Below, in pieces: positions 9,895-24,327 of a stretch of 64,000 nt of DNA. The notes beneath the pieces were generated by a model that did not search any database, was not told where the DNA came from, and was given only the letters and a program-made list of their open reading frames with translations. Both the position numbers and the translations under genes were made by a program. This DNA is from Sarea resinae (Eukaryota), in contig JAPEUD010000039.1 in NCBI GenBank assembly GCA_026026165.1, forward strand, positions 62,001-126,000, in the 5' to 3' direction. Position 1 is the first letter of the stretch; every line of letters starts with the position of its first letter.

Positions 9895-12826
9895 TTACAC
9901 AAACATGCCTCTCATCTCGGCAACGACCTTCTTCTCCGCCTGAGCGCTCAACCGCTCGAACCGGTCGACGCTCATGACAAAGGTGCCCCTGCCGCCCGTC
10001 AGACTGCGCAGGTGTTTCAGGTACCCGACCATCTCCTTCAGCGGCACGCGCGCGACGATACTGCGGCCGCGACTGCCGGAGACGTAGTCGGACTCGTTGT
10101 TAGAAAAGGAGGCAAAGGGGTCCGGAGGCGCGTATATTTTCGAGGTGGGGATCGCGGGCGAGTCTTCGGCAGGTGGGCCCGAGGATGAGGAGGACGACGA
10201 GGAGCTGTCGTCGCCGAGCGAAAGCACGTGCCCGCCTCGCGCGGAACTGATGTCGTGTACGACGGCGCCCAGACTGGCCTCGTCGACGTTGATGACGACG
10301 TTCATGACGGGCTGCATGAGGGCAGTGCCAGCGTCGTCGGCCGAAGCCTTCAGCGCCGCCGAGGTAGCCAGACGGGCCGCGGACGAGAGAGCCGCGGGCG
10401 TGGTGTCGGCGCCGAACAAGTGCGAAGCCGGGTCGAGAGTCAGCCGCACGTGCGTGCTGTGCAGCGGGAAGGCGTGCTTGGGGCCTCGGGCGAGAGCGGC
10501 GAGGGCGCCGTTCGTGAGGGAGGTGTGGATTGTTTGGAGAGGGACGGGTGAGGTAGAGGCGTCGAGGTCCGGGTGCGAGATCGTGATTAGATTACCATCT
10601 CTTTGAATAGTCATGGTGCTATCGTTTGTTGGGGAGACAGGCGCGGCCTCGACGTCTTCGGGTGACAAGGGCTCGACAAGAGCCGTGGCGCCCGCCGTAC
10701 CCTTCTTGCCAGCGATTTCTTTGTCGTAGATGCGCGTTTCCGGCGCCGACGACGCTAGGATGCATTCGCGGTAGCCAATCTCGATGCTGCCCATTGAGGC
10801 TTTAGCCTTGAAGTCGTTGACGAGGCGGTCGTTGGCAATCTCGAGATGTAGCTCGCCCATGCCGCTCAGGTGCGTCTGACCCGAGTCTTCGTCCATGGAG
10901 ACGCTGAGGCTAGGATCTTCTCGCAAGAGAAGCGCCAGGCTCTCTGAGACATGCTTTTCTTCGCTCAGGCTGTGGGGTTCGACGCTCGCGAAGAATACGG
11001 GCGGGGGAACGTCAATGGGCCGTAATTGCAGCGTGTTGAGTGGTGCTGGGGGACCGGATTTTGTGCTCGCACCCGTGAACGATATCAGCGTATCTCCGGT
11101 CCTGGCATGCTTGAGGCCCGGGATGACGCCGATCTGGCCGGCTCCTATTGAAGGAACTTCGATGGCGTCGTTGGCGTACATTTTCAGGAGGCGCTGCGCG
11201 CGCTCCGAGACGTGGAGGTTGGTGTTGAAGAGGAGGGTGTTTCTGTTGATACTGCCAGAGTAGACTCGGACGTAGACGAGGACTCCACGGCGCGGATCGT
11301 TGACCACTTTGAATGCCAGAGCACATGACTCGAGGTTCTTAACGAGAGACTTGACTTGTCCGCTCGTCGGAACAAGATTCTTTTTCCTCGATGACTTTTC
11401 GGGCCGCGATTGCTCGAAGAGTAGCTTTCCACTTATCAAGTCATTCAAGCCCCCAGTGAGGGCGCCAACCCTGACTTCGGGATCTGGTCTCTCGGTCGGA
11501 TCAGGCAAAAGATCAACCACCGCGTCGAGGAGCGGTTGTACGCCGATATTTCGGAAGCTAGCGCCTGCAAAGACCGGCACAATCTTTTGTGGCCCGTTCA
11601 CTAGGCATCTTCTCAGAGATTCCGTGATATCCATGGCAGGGATTGCCAGGTGGTCTTCATCGTGCTCCAAGAATCTCTCGACCATCTCATCATCGTGCTC
11701 GCTCAGAAGCTCTACCAGCGCCACTCGAGCTTTCGAAATCTCTTCGGCTAGCTGCGCGTCGGTCGTCCTTAGCTCCTCCAAAGTGAAAGCTTTAACGGCC
11801 TTTCCATCACTTCCTTCCTCCCATTTCATGCCACGCAAGCCGACGACATCACCTACGCCGGTAAATCTCCCGTTTCCTCCTTCCCACCAGGGGATCTGGC
11901 AAAGAGCAGGCCAGCTTTGGAGCCTCGACCCTATTTCCTTGACGGTTCTGGCAAATGCTGCGCCATCTCGATCCAACTTGTTGACGAAGATGATTCGAGG
12001 GATCTGGTAGTAGTTGGCTTGATTCCAGACCTTTTCGGTCTGAGCTTCAACACCGGCTACTCCATCTAAGATGCAGACCGCTCCGTCTAGGATCCGAAGG
12101 GATCGAAGGACCTCAAAGGTGAAATCGGCGTGTCCTGGGGTATCGATGAGGTTGATAGTATGTGAAGCAAGTGAGCGAGGGATGGCGTTCGCTGGAGATT
12201 TACTAGCTGTTGGAGATTTTGACTGGTTCTGGTCCGGTGGGAGTGGCGGCCAGTGGAACGTGATTGCTGCTGACTGAATGGTGATGCCTCTTGCTCGTTC
12301 GGCTGGAAGGAAGTCGGTCACAGTCGAGCCATCGTCGACATCTATACGAGTAAGCTTGGAAGCTGGAAGTGACAGAACCGAGCAGCAAATTGACAGGCAT
12401 AGCACAGAGGCTTCGTATGATGCGAGAATATTGAGTGCTCAGAATAGAAGCTTCGAAACGAGCAGCAAAGAGTTCGAAACATGTCACGTGAACGATGAAA
12501 TCATCGAATTACCTCCAATCCTACGTGTGAAGCCGCTGTAGAAGAGCATGCGCTCCGTCGTAGTTGTCTTGCCCTTTTCACGAATACGTTAGCTGCAAGG
12601 CCTACGCTACAAACAGAGCGTGCTGATGAAAACCTACAGCATCGATATGAGCTATAATGCCAATGTTCCTCGTCCTCGCAAGGTCTGTAGCAGAAGCCGC
12701 ATCTGCTTGTTGAACGTGACACCGTGAGGCAGCAGAGAACGCCCTCCTCGAGGATGTCACAGTATGCCGCAGTTTTTGACGGCATCCACTGCATATCCAG
12801 CCGGGAAAACCACGGACTTGTGACAT
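9895..12826 (-). CDS. MEF2: Mitochondrial ribosome-releasing factor 2 (EF-G2)
   Basis: Exons 12826-12638, 12573-12513 and 12341-9895. Motifs [55 protein letters not shown] and [16 protein letters not shown]. Arg/Ser-rich presequence. Confidence 0.92.
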
Positions 12827-13358
12827 GATTCCGCTGTCAGATCAGAGATGCCTCGATGATTCCATGCTGAGCTGAACAGACAAAGAGACAAAAAGATGCT
12901 AATGGATCGATCACAATGCTGAATCACGAATGTCCACAATGATGGCATAGATCATTGATGTTTTCATCGGCGTGTGTCGCTTGGCGCTTAGTCGTCATGT
13001 ACGAGATACGCGATTCAGCCGCGCTTTCGACCCATAAGCCGAGGTGGACGCCGAGATAATGCGGCGCCTCGAGCAATGCTCACCCGGACGCTCCTTCCTC
13101 TTCGGCTTGTAAATGTCAAGAAAGAACCATCAACTGGCCTCCTGCACATCTCTGCATCTCTGTTGTGTCGTGGCTGGGAAGAGCTATAAATAGTCACGCA
13201 CTCCTCCTTACCCGGCACGTGCATCCAGCCATCGGTGGTACCTCCATCGTCATCTTGCACATCAGGTCTGCAACCGCGACACGAGCAGCATCGTTGCAGC
13301 CATTCTCCACACGTAAACTTCACATCCCATCCATCAATTGTAGTCCAGCCTGCCCAGC

Positions 13359-15355
13359 ATGGACTACTCGTCACTATCCAATGATCTTGAGCATGCTGCC
13401 GGCGCCTCGCCGTGGTCGTCATCTCCACAGCCCAACACGCCTCAGCCGACTGGCAGCGACTCCCCTTCGGCATCACCGTTGGCATCTGCAACACAATCGG
13501 CCTATGCCTCGGAGCCAGAAACGGCCAATCTTCAAGGAGTCTCAGGTGGACAGGGCTCGTTAGTGTCGAGTGAGCACATCCGACCTCAGAGTTCAGACAC
13601 TGCGACTGGAGACGAAGATGCAGAGCAAGGCAAGCCCGACCTTGCCGAAAGATTGCAGTATCCGCAGCCTGGAGAGCACGGTTATTCGCCGCACACACCG
13701 TATCAGCAACAACCCCAGTACCGCTATCAGGAGAACGTTAGACCTGAGCCACAGCGATATCACCACAGTGCTCGGCCTGCCGGTCAACGACAGCATGTTC
13801 CGCAATACAAACTCCAAGCCAAGATCACTGGGCTGGAGCGCACGGGAAGGAAGGATCCTATCCTGAGGTTTGACGTTCATGTACGATTTGATTGAAGCCT
13901 GATGATTGGATGCTGACAATCATAGACCAATCTCCCCAAGTTTCGGACAACGCAGTTCAGAGATGTCCGCCGCACACACTCGGAATTCGTCAAGCTCGCG
14001 GACCACCTCATATCTTCAAATCCAGAAGCTTTCGTACCTGCCGTTCCTCCACCATTAACCTCCGCCGGCGCTGGAACAGACGAGGATGAAGCACGCGTCA
14101 AGGCATCCTTGCAGCGATGGCTCAACTCCGTTTGCGGAAATGAGGTTCTCATGAGAGATGAAGAGATGGTTTTCTTCGTTGAGAGTGACTTTGGCTACAG
14201 CCCCGTGGTTCGCCGCAAGCAGCCAGCCACCGGCGTACGAAGAAAGGTCATCAAGCAGTTTGCGCCACCACCAGATGATACCCCTGAGCTACAGGAAGCC
14301 CGTCCAGTCGTCAAACAATTTTATCTGGGGACAATGGAAACGGGACAAAAGGTCGACAAAGTCGTAAAGGCTCGACGAGGTATGACTTTGCCTCTGTTCA
14401 TATCTATTCTTTTCTAACATGCCCTCTAGCCCTCGGTCTGGCCGAGTCCGACCTGGGCGTCAAATTGGGCCAGATGTCGACGCAAGAAACCCACCCAGGT
14501 CTCAGTAACGCCTACCGCAAATTAGGCAAGACCATCCAAAGCACGGGTGACTTTCACGCCGCTCAGGGTACCGCCGAAGCCACCACCCTCTCCGACCCCC
14601 TCAACTACCACTCCTCGGACGCCTTCATCGTGAAAGAGACCCTCACAAACCGGCACATACTGCTCCGCGAACTGATCCAAGCGCAAGCTGCCACGAGATC
14701 CAAGCTAAGCGCCGCCGACCGTCTTCGGGCATCCTCGTCCGTCAAACGCGATAAAGTCGACGAAGCCATCGCCGCCCTCGACGAGGCCCGATCCCACGAA
14801 TCCTACCTGACGCAGAAGACGGCTCGCGTGACCGCTAACCTCGTCCAAGAGCGTCGCAGATGGTTCAGCCGCACGTCCAACGACCTGCGCGCCTCGCTGC
14901 GCGAATACGTCATCCGCTCCATCGAAGCCGAACGCCGTACGCTCGCCACGCTCGAGGCCGTCCGTCCCGACATTCGTGCCATTGATGCTTCCGGCGGCCT
15001 GTCCCGTCTGGGTCGTGAGGCCCACCCGGCCACCCGCCGCGCCAGTATGGCTGCCTCCCAGGGCCCCAAGGGCGATGCCTGGAGCGGGGTTCCTCGCCGC
15101 CCAGACGGTCTCAACAGGAGCATCAGCGGTAGTCTCGTCGTGCCCGTCCCTGGGGCGACGGGTGACGGCGCCGAGGGGACTGCTGACGGAGAGGGCAGAG
15201 TCAATGGCGACGCAGGGCCTGAAAATGGAGCTAGCAGGAGTCGGGCGGTCAGCACGGCTGGCAGTAGCACGTTGAAGGGCATCACCGAGGAAGAAGACGA
15301 TGATCGCGTCGATGCGAGGAATGCGGCTAGTCGCTTGGCTGCTAGCACGTTTTAA
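13359..15355 (+). CDS. VPS17: Retromer PX-BAR sorting nexin Vps17
   Basis: Exons 13359-13880, 13926-14379 and 14430-15355. KITGLERTGRKDPILRFDVHTNLPKFRT PX start, FVESDFGYSP, and C-terminal DRVDARNAASRLA typical of fungal Vps17. Confidence 0.9.
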
Positions 15356-16416
15356 GCCATTTTCTTCTCCTTGATTGCTGGCCTGAACGGCATGCTCAGT
15401 TTCTTTTTTCTTTTCTCCTCACTCACTTACCTCTGCTCTTGCTTGTGTTGTCGTCTTGTTTGTCCCTAGCTTAGTCAGGTCCTATATCTCCGTTTCCTAT
15501 TCTTTGTCCTTCTGTAATTAGGCATGAAGATGGTCGAGAAGAGAGATGAGTGAAAGGATGTCCTGTCTGCAGCTTGAAGTCGATGTCAAGTGAAAACGAT
15601 GGATATGAGTGAGAGAGATTATACCTCCCCCAGGCGATGTCGTAGATGTAGTCATTGACGTGAAGGTACTAGGTACCGTAGCTTCCATAAAGATGCACAG
15701 ATGAGTGAGATAAGATAAGATTACGACGTAGTAGACTAGACTAGATAGAATGCAGCCATGTATGTATGGTCCTGGCCCTCATCTCCGTGCCAGCCAGTTC
15801 CTCGATTCAAAGCAGATACTGTCTTGTCCCTAATCCTATCCCTGTCCTCATCGCCTACAAAGAGCTAGCCAAGTTCCGGACGCTGCCTACTCCATCATGC
15901 CCAAGTAGCCTCCCTCGTTTCCCAGAGTGAGCGGAGTGGTTGACAGTGAGGGCCAAACGGATGCATGGACGGGCAGTTGAACTGAGCTCTGAACGTATGT
16001 TTGAATTGCACGTGTGCGTGCGTGCGTGTGCCAATGTATGTTGAGTTGTCTGTGTATTCTCGCACGTCGATACAGACGCACATTTTACTTGTGCGCCAGC
16101 ATCTATGCTTAATCTGTAATGGTGTGCGGGGATGGGGCTGTTTGGCGGATGGGTGGTTGGGAGCTTGTGTAGCGACACTCTTGAGATCCGGTTGAGACCG
16201 ATCCATTCGGACCACAGACAAGGTGCTTCTCTTCCCCTGCGACAATACTCAGTCCCAGCCGACCCTCGATAAAACCTACTCAATCCTGAGTGGCCCCGCT
16301 CCTTCTCCCTTTGGCGCGGCTCACGAATGGCCGTCGCTGTGACCAGAGAATTAATAATTCCTCCTAGCATCAGTGAACACAGTGTCTGTCAAAACCACTG
16401 AATAGGCCAAGAGTAG

Positions 16417-19400
16417 TCAATCGGGCCCCTGGTGCTGTCCTACAACGCTCTCACGCTTCGGAAGCAGCGGTTCCAGGATTCCTCTAACTACAAGTGGCGC
16501 AATAGCGGTGACATTGTATTCGCTGGCTTTAAGACGCATAGCTCGGTCTTCGGTCACAAGTACGGCCATTTTCGTGCTACCAATATTGTCGGCCTGGCTG
16601 TCCAATCTATTGGACGCCGACTGCCGTAACCGCTCTTCTCCGATCAATTCTTGTTGTTTGGTCGTGCTAATAATAACCTCATCGAGGCTCTTCTTGTGGT
16701 CTTCGGATGGGTAATGATGGATCTGCTGTTCTTTGAACGTGCTTCCAGGGGTAAGATTAGTTCCACTAGATGAAACAATTGTGATATCCTTCCCTTCATG
16801 AATGGCAGACTCGATAGCGTGCAGAGCTTTCTCGGCAGCTTGGCCGATAGCGGCCTCATTGTCAGATAGATCTCTTAGTTCGGTCATGACTGCATGCGGG
16901 ACGACAACTCGCCAGCCTGCGCCCCGCGCCATAACCTCGAAAACTTCGAGACGATCGATGAATAGATTTGTATCGCATACCATTGCCTGATTATTCAGTC
17001 AGCAAAACTTGACGAATGATAGTTAGGAAGACGAACCGTAAAGGAGGGATCCAAGGATTGCGCTGCAGCAGAGACAATTCTCGAAGCCCTGGACGGTGGA
17101 GACGATCCCCGCTGATCCGCATAACGCGGGTGCTTCGGGCTTTCTTGTGGCGAAAATTCAATCACCCCTGATTCATCCTCGAGAATTTGCAGCTCTACTT
17201 CGATGTCTTTTATCGGTGGCGCCCCTTCATTTGTAGTAGCCGCGCTCTTTTCAGCTTCTTGGGAATCATTTTCGGGCCGCGTCTTGAGCTTCAGAGATGG
17301 AGAGATAGAGAATGTGCGCGATTCCGGGTCGAAATGCAAATAGCGATCAGTCTAGAAAATCAGTTACAAACTCACCAAAACAAAATACGTTCAGCACACC
17401 TGTGAGATCTGGTACGCCAGCCATAGAATTCTTTCCTTTCTGACTTCCTTCATCGAAGGGAGTTCAAACGATCTCTCGTCGTCCTCGATCATGGCATCGG
17501 AGAACCAAGCCTCTGGAAAGTAGTTCTGGGCCCAACCCAATCCGCGAATCGAAAAGTCCTCCGGCAGGGGTCGGCCGACTCCTTTCTCAGGTTCCGGAAA
17601 TCTCGTACTCTCCAGCCGGGCCCATTCCTGATAAGAAGGAGCGAGGGTGTTGAGCATGGAACACATCGAAGCCCAAGGCACATCGTACTCTATGAGCTTC
17701 ATAGCTTCGTCGACAGAACGGAGGTAGTGGATGAAGACGAGAGACACGTGAATGTGAGGAAGAACGTTGGGATCGCCGAACCTCTGCAGAGCGATATCGA
17801 ATGTTGAAAAAGTGAGACGCTTAGAGTTGTTGAAATTGATCAAGGGAGCAGACATTTCAGAGACCGCTTCTGGGGTCGTCTCACCTGGTGGAACTGGCTC
17901 CGACGAGGCATGCTCTCCAGCAGGAGAAGATTGCTTCGAGCGCTGATTTCCAGGAGGATCTTCGGAAGAGACCTTTTGCATCTGCTGAGACGCATGCTCC
18001 GTTGGATCTCCTGCCTGAACATTTCCAGCCCTGAGTGTTCGAAGCAGAATGCCATCCTCTGAACCAAATCCTAGCATGGCGGCGAAATTGGCCACAGCGA
18101 TATAGACGCCCTGCTCTCTCCAGTTACCCACCTCCTTGCCGATATGCGTATCCAGGAGCTGAAGAAACTCCGCTTGTACTGCGGAGAACCTGGCTAGGTC
18201 TTTGTCGGTGAAAAGAAGACCATGTGCCCTCACAAAAGCAGTGTCGATGGCTGAGAGGTAATTCTGGGCTTGGCTCGAACTCAGAATCGGCTCGAATAAA
18301 GTCAAAATTGACTCCCGAGCAGACATGAATGGATGGACGACCGACAACGACTTTGCATAGTAAAACAACTGCTGGAGGGCGTCTGGGCGAGCGAGGATGG
18401 CCAGATGGTGATACAAGCGGCCAATCGAAGGAGATTTGTCCGCGGCTTTACTATACCAGAAGCGAGCGACCCCGGTCCAGGTTTCCCTGTCTCGGAGGTC
18501 GTCGTCCTCGATGGCCATCCGATATCGTCCAAGGTCCCCGAGGCATTCGATCCATGTGTCTTCAAACGTGGGCACAGTCTCGTAGAGCAGAGCCATCATC
18601 GAGTAGGCCAGATAGATGAACGCGAGCATGTGGTCGAGAGAGTCGGGCAGCCGATGGCGAAGAAGTTCCAGGAATGAATGGATACCGTGGCGCCACATAC
18701 GTGCAGGCATGGCATACTTGCTCGCGAGTCGCCGGAGAGCTGGACTGGCCGAGGGGTGCTGAGAGGCAAGGAAGAAGTCATGGTGCTCATGGAGCAAGGT
18801 TCGGTGGAGAGCTATCAAAGCTTGAAACTGCTCGTTGCTCAATTTCGGCTGCTCTCCATTCTCGGGATCCATAAGAGCCATGGCTTGCTTATTGTCGACC
18901 TCGATGCACTTCGTTTCGATCATCCCCAGAGTAGCATAGATGCCTCTCACTTCATTGACGAGCTGCTCTTGTGAGATCGGTCTGGTCTCGGGTTGCAAGA
19001 CGAGCTCCGTGTTAGCCTGTCGCTCAGACTGGCTGGCCTTGACAGGTAGTCCAGTCGGATGAATGGTCTGCTGCTCTCGAGCCGCGGGATCATCGAGAGG
19101 AAGTTGATCGCTCGAAATGGCCGTGTCGGCTGACGCCACCTTTGCCGGACCAGAAGGCCGTTGGCTGAGCGATCCCGGCATTCCACCTCTCCGTTTGGGT
19201 GTCTCCTTTCTTGACCGAAGAGTTTGGGATCGAGAATCGGCGAAACGTTGGTGCCGTGCAGGCAACGCCATCGAGTTTGTTAGAAACGCATCTTTAGGAT
19301 TGTCCGAACTCGGATCGAAGAGAGTGCGCTTCTGGCTCGGCACGGGCCGGCTCAGGTCGCCTTCGCCACTGACGGGAGCGCTCCGATCGAATTCCGGATC

Positions 19401-19960
19401 CAGAACTGACTGTCTTGAGCGAACAAACGGTCCCCCAGACCGTGCTTTGGCCCGCCGAGGGTTTGTCGCCGTTCCCGATGCATTCGTGTCCTGCGGGCTT
19501 TCGGCAGAGGTAAGATCCCCTCCTGCTGCTCGTTTTCGAAGAGTGATCGGTGACAAAGAGTATGACTCGGCTGGTGCTGCATCTGGCACATCTCTCATGG
19601 GTGTGTCTTGCTGCTGCTCTAGTGAGAGCTTGTCGATGTCGCCAATCTCTTTTCGATTACGCCTGCCAGGAACAGCTCCGGCAGAGGACGGCCGGCTGAT
19701 CCGAGGCTGAGAGGCCGTCTCATCTCCCAGATTAATTCTCATGGAGTCATCAGATGAGGGACGGACGGACGGCGACAGAGCCGCACTTGGGCTTTGTGAT
19801 CCATGGCTCCCGCTTGCTTGTTTTCTATTGTTTGGTTTAGCTAGGATCCCAAGAAGACGCCCGAGCACGGTTGAGCCATCTGCAGCTCTCGTCCTACTTA
19901 CGTGCGTGCAGCTTGTCTGAGATGCTTCTCAAATTTCCTTGCCAAGGGATGCTCGTTCAT
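16417..19960 (-). CDS. EST1/SMG6-like protein with Est1 TPR-like domain and C-terminal PIN nuclease domain
   Basis: ATG at 19960, introns ~19901-19825, ~17399-17353 and ~17037-16987. Est1-family motifs LIALHRTLLHEHHDFFLASQHP, WIECLGDLGRYRMA, GRLYHHLAILA and PLPEDF. PIN motifs VCDTNLFI, VMTEL and LVTEDRAMRLKA. Confidence 0.88.
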
Positions 19961-22900
19961 GTTAGAGTGGAAACCAAGATGACCACGAAATCGCTGAGTC
20001 TCGTTTCAACAGCTGCCGCATATGCGCGAGATGCCTGATTGGCTCGCCAGTGGGCTCATAACCTCAATACCATGCATGCATGCAGTGGAACCATCTGAGG
20101 AAAAATGGCAAAGCAGACGACAAAGAATGGGATGGTCCCCAACAGCAAGAATGGAATACTTGGTAGTCGTCGCCGAGATGGGTAGGAAGGATAGGGTAGC
20201 TCAGCAGGCGGGGGACGGTGGTGGTGGGGACGAGATAGCAATTCCTAATGGCGGTATGAGAGCAAGTACTCATTGGTGGTGTGCCGGGGAGGGAGCGATA
20301 AGTACAGGTACGAGACAGAAGGAGGTACAAAGTACCACTACCACTGGGTCGATGACGACGCCGGGTAAGTGGGTAGGTAGGTAGCCCAGCCCAGCCCCAG
20401 TATCTTGATGATTGATATTGATGATCGGGCAGCTTGATGGATGACGGTGCAAGAGCCGCAACGGTGCAGTTTCTTATTGTCGATGAATTGAAGGACAGAC
20501 TTGGTGACGAGTCTTGCGATGGACTGCTCTAGATTAGTATGATTGTGAGGCTCTGGACTCAGTATATCAGTGGTTCAGCCTGGCTCCGGAACCTGGAAAG
20601 TAGGCAACAGGCGAACCATGCACGATGCTGGGTAGCGGAATGGAAGCGACAGACGTCTGCCTAAGGTCGCTACAGCTCCCTGACTAGGGAGAGACATCTG
20701 GAGCCCCGAGGCGGCGACGGCGCAGCAGTAGTAGCGTCGGCAGAAGGATCGATGCATCACCGTCGCTGAGGCCCCTCGACCCCCAGCCTCAGGCCTCAAC
20801 CGCTGTCCGTAGAGGGCGACTTGCTTGGAATGTGGGGTGCACTCGCGATCCAAGGTACCTCTTCGTCTGTCTTGGGGGGCCCGGTACGGTACCTGATCGA
20901 GTGTGTCCTCGCCCTCAGGCAGCCACTTCCATAACATGGCTGCTGGAGCCTGCTGGAGCCTGGAGCCTAGCCTAGAGGGGTGAGATCGATCAAAGACGGA
21001 ATTGCCCTGGTATTTGGCGTCCTTCATCCACTCACGTAACACATCCTGCACACATTTAATCTCTTTGTATTACACGGGCAGCATTGCGCACGGCCTGATC
21101 CCAGAAGGCTTCTCGTTGCCGCAGAATCTTCCTCGGGCTTTCTTCGTGGCACGAACACCAAAGCAAATTGGGTAGGTGCGGACGCATCAAGACACACCGC
21201 TGCTTCCGACGAGAATGAAAGGAAAAAGAACATGATCATCTCAAACATATCCCGTGATGTCTCGGCAACAAGATTCGATGCGCATTCATGATGAAACGGC
21301 TTTACTTATTGTCTATTGTCATGCGCATCTCTGATACTCCAAGGTCTGACTCGTCTCGTATTGATTGAGTTCGTAAAAGGAAACTCACTGCCCATCTCGC
21401 ATCTCTACCTTCTGCGCGTGATTAGACGAGTCGCGACTCACGAACGCATCGCCCCGAACTCCAAGGAATGAAAGCAGAGCGAGTCGGATGGCTCCTTCAT
21501 CTGGCAGATGCGTTTCTGTTTATCAGGCACGATGACTTGCAGAAACCTCATTCTTCATACCTGCTCTCTCATGCTGGTCTCTTGACTTTCTACTATCCGG
21601 CCTGATATGCGGTTTCTTGAGTTATGAATTGTATTCAACTAGCAACACCAACCACCTACCCAATTCTCTTTGTCTCCTTTCCCACCTAGAAGTCACAGTC
21701 ACAGAATTAGCTAGTCAGTCTTTCGCACTGAGCAAAGACGCGACGCGGGCTTTACTCCATCTCAGTACGTATGCCTGAACGCCCTGCTTACACGACACGA
21801 GTGGCTGGCTCTGCTCAGGCCGCTGGGTCGTAGGACTCTCCATCAGTCCTTCTCCGAGCTTCATAGACTCAAAGTCAAGGCTGGTAGATGACATGATGGG
21901 AGCATTGAAAGCCTCTAGCCTTTACTGTCCATACTTGCGACAACAGCTCTTCTTCCGCTGGAAGCGTCAGATCTGGAGTGATCAAGAGTGAATACGTGCT
22001 TTCGCACTACTCGCGATAGCGCCAACACGGCTCCAGTACGAGTACACGATGCTACGGTCACCGTGGAGAAAGAGCCTATCTAACCACTGTAGACGCAACG
22101 CCTCACGATTTTACGAGTAGTACTCTAGGCAACGGGCAGCGGTGAGGGACTTGCCAAGCCTTAATCCGCAGGGCAGTCTGACGATGGATCCGCGTTCGCT
22201 GGACCATTGTTGCAGCAACTAGATGGAAGATTAAGACACGCATCAGTACCCAACGTGCCCGGCGAACAAAGCCTAGAAACCCTCTGTTCGACATCGGCGA
22301 TGGAGCCGTGGGCCTTGCTGTGATGCGTGGACTGGAGGGACGCCAATTACCTCGAAAATGGCATCGCTCGAGTCATGCATCATTGGCTCCCGAGCCCCAA
22401 GGATAGTGGCCTCTTCGATAAGGTTCTCGCAGTCTCCAGCTATAAGTGGCCGACTTGCTCCTACCCCACAACTGCACCGACGCCTCACTGATTCCCTCGT
22501 ATACTCCCGTCTATGGTCCCTTGAGTAAACCACGAATCAAGGTTGATCTGATGCAGTAGGCGGCTTTCTGGAGGGAAGGCAATTAGGGAAGGCAATTAGC
22601 CTCACTTATCCCAACAGGCTGTCTCCCAATTCCATCGACTTCAGCGTGAGGTCTCCAGTGGAAAGGGTATATGCTTACCGTTAGGTCTTTCGATTCTGTA
22701 AACACCATGTAGGTTTGCACGTCGCGTTCTCCGGGGCTGATGTCGATAGCAACGTTGATGTCGCAGGCTGCCGAACAAGGTCAATCCCAACTTGTGGATA
22801 TGAGCATTTGTTTGTTATACGTAATGCAACCTTGGCTTTTGCACCGCCGTCCTCGGCAATCAGATTCGTGTTCGGCTGACGTTGATCTTCCACACTGATC

Positions 22901-24327
22901 TGTTTCATCTCACTGCGTGAGGATTCCCAACTATCTAGTCTGATTGATCAAGAGGGATCAAGATAAGTCGGATATGTTCCAAGCTCTTGTCCATTCTGTC
23001 TCTGGAGGCAGTCTTTTCTCTAAGCCTTACAAGGTCGTGATGTCACTTGTTTCGGCTTCAATGCTGACTATTACGATGTTTGATATACAGAGTGCTTGCT
23101 ATGACACATCATCACACGGCAAGTGGATGATAGTCTGACTGACTTGAAGGCTCGAATGACCTGTAATGTCCTCGAGACATTGGCAGCCTTCAGAACGACG
23201 AGGATCAGGCCTCAACTCAGGCCTGCTCGGACAGCAGTCACTCCAAATGCTTCCGCCTTCTTCCCATCAGCAAGAGGGTCAATGCTTCACTCCGCTGAGT
23301 CATATGACTTTTCAACGTAAAGCCTTTTCCGGAAGATCGCTCATAGAATTCGAGGACCGTGTCAGGTTTCGAAGAGTCATCAATGATGGCCTGCATGTCT
23401 GCGGCCGCGACGCAAACGCTGACGCAACATGACTGCGCAAATGGCGTCTCCGAGGAGATTGTTCTTCAGCGATGAGTGAGAGCCTCATTTACGGAAGAAC
23501 AAAAGGTTACGTTGATTTGGCAAGGCAGCCTTCATTAGCAGACGTCGAGTCATCGAAACAGCAAACAACCTCGCAAAAAGCCAGTTCTAGACTCTACGTC
23601 GCAAAGAGACAAAGAAGGCGACTGTTTCGATTTGCACGCCTCAAGCTAGGCGCTTTCTCATGGGATGCACACTTCAGGAGTTGATGAACCTATCCGTCAT
23701 CGGACATCGCCGAAAACGACGCCTCTTGAAGCTGGAAATTATGGATGCGCGATTTAGCGGAGTTCAAGCCGCTCATTGCCGTGATAAGGCGATCTCCGAG
23801 ACACAATCTCGAATGAACATGGCTTCATCTTATTCAAGAAACATCAGCACACCGATAGAAACAACAGCATATGGCCGTGGAGCGATGGCATTAGCGACAC
23901 GATACATCTGGTCGTGAACAAAGGTCGCCCAACAATTACAGATCGGAAAGTGCATCACGTGGCTTGCCTCATTGTCATTCGTCCAATGAATTTTGAGAAA
24001 TCATCAATCTCCAGTTTTCACCAAATATTATCTATCTTCTTGGCCTGGGCTTCCATTTGCGAGCAGAACCTACATTTGGTCAATCGAAATTCATCTTACG
24101 ACAACGGCTTTTGATAGCCTTGGAAGGTACAAGAAATGGGATCCTTCACTGAGAGAATTTAAAGCTTGATCTTCAACCCGAAAGCCGTTTAAGTTTCGCA
24201 ATTTTGCCCTCCATTCGGTATCTAGCTTTCGCAACCTTGAAGCTTTCGTCAATCCTTGCATTTTTCGAGCTTCTGCTCCTTGGGACGTCACGCTCACACC
24301 AGAGTATAGTTACCGATTGATATTTTC

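Noticed and set aside
12342..12512. Intronic snoRNA in the long MEF2 intron 2 (hairpin CGATGA-TT-TCATCG, a CTGA, duplicated TTTGCTGCTCG)
   Set aside because: No canonical C box (RTGATGA) with a terminal stem. An Infernal or snoscan search would be needed.
15855..16370. 171-aa minus-strand ORF downstream of the PIN gene
   Set aside because: It spans simple repeats in a probable 3' UTR, with no domain or codon bias.
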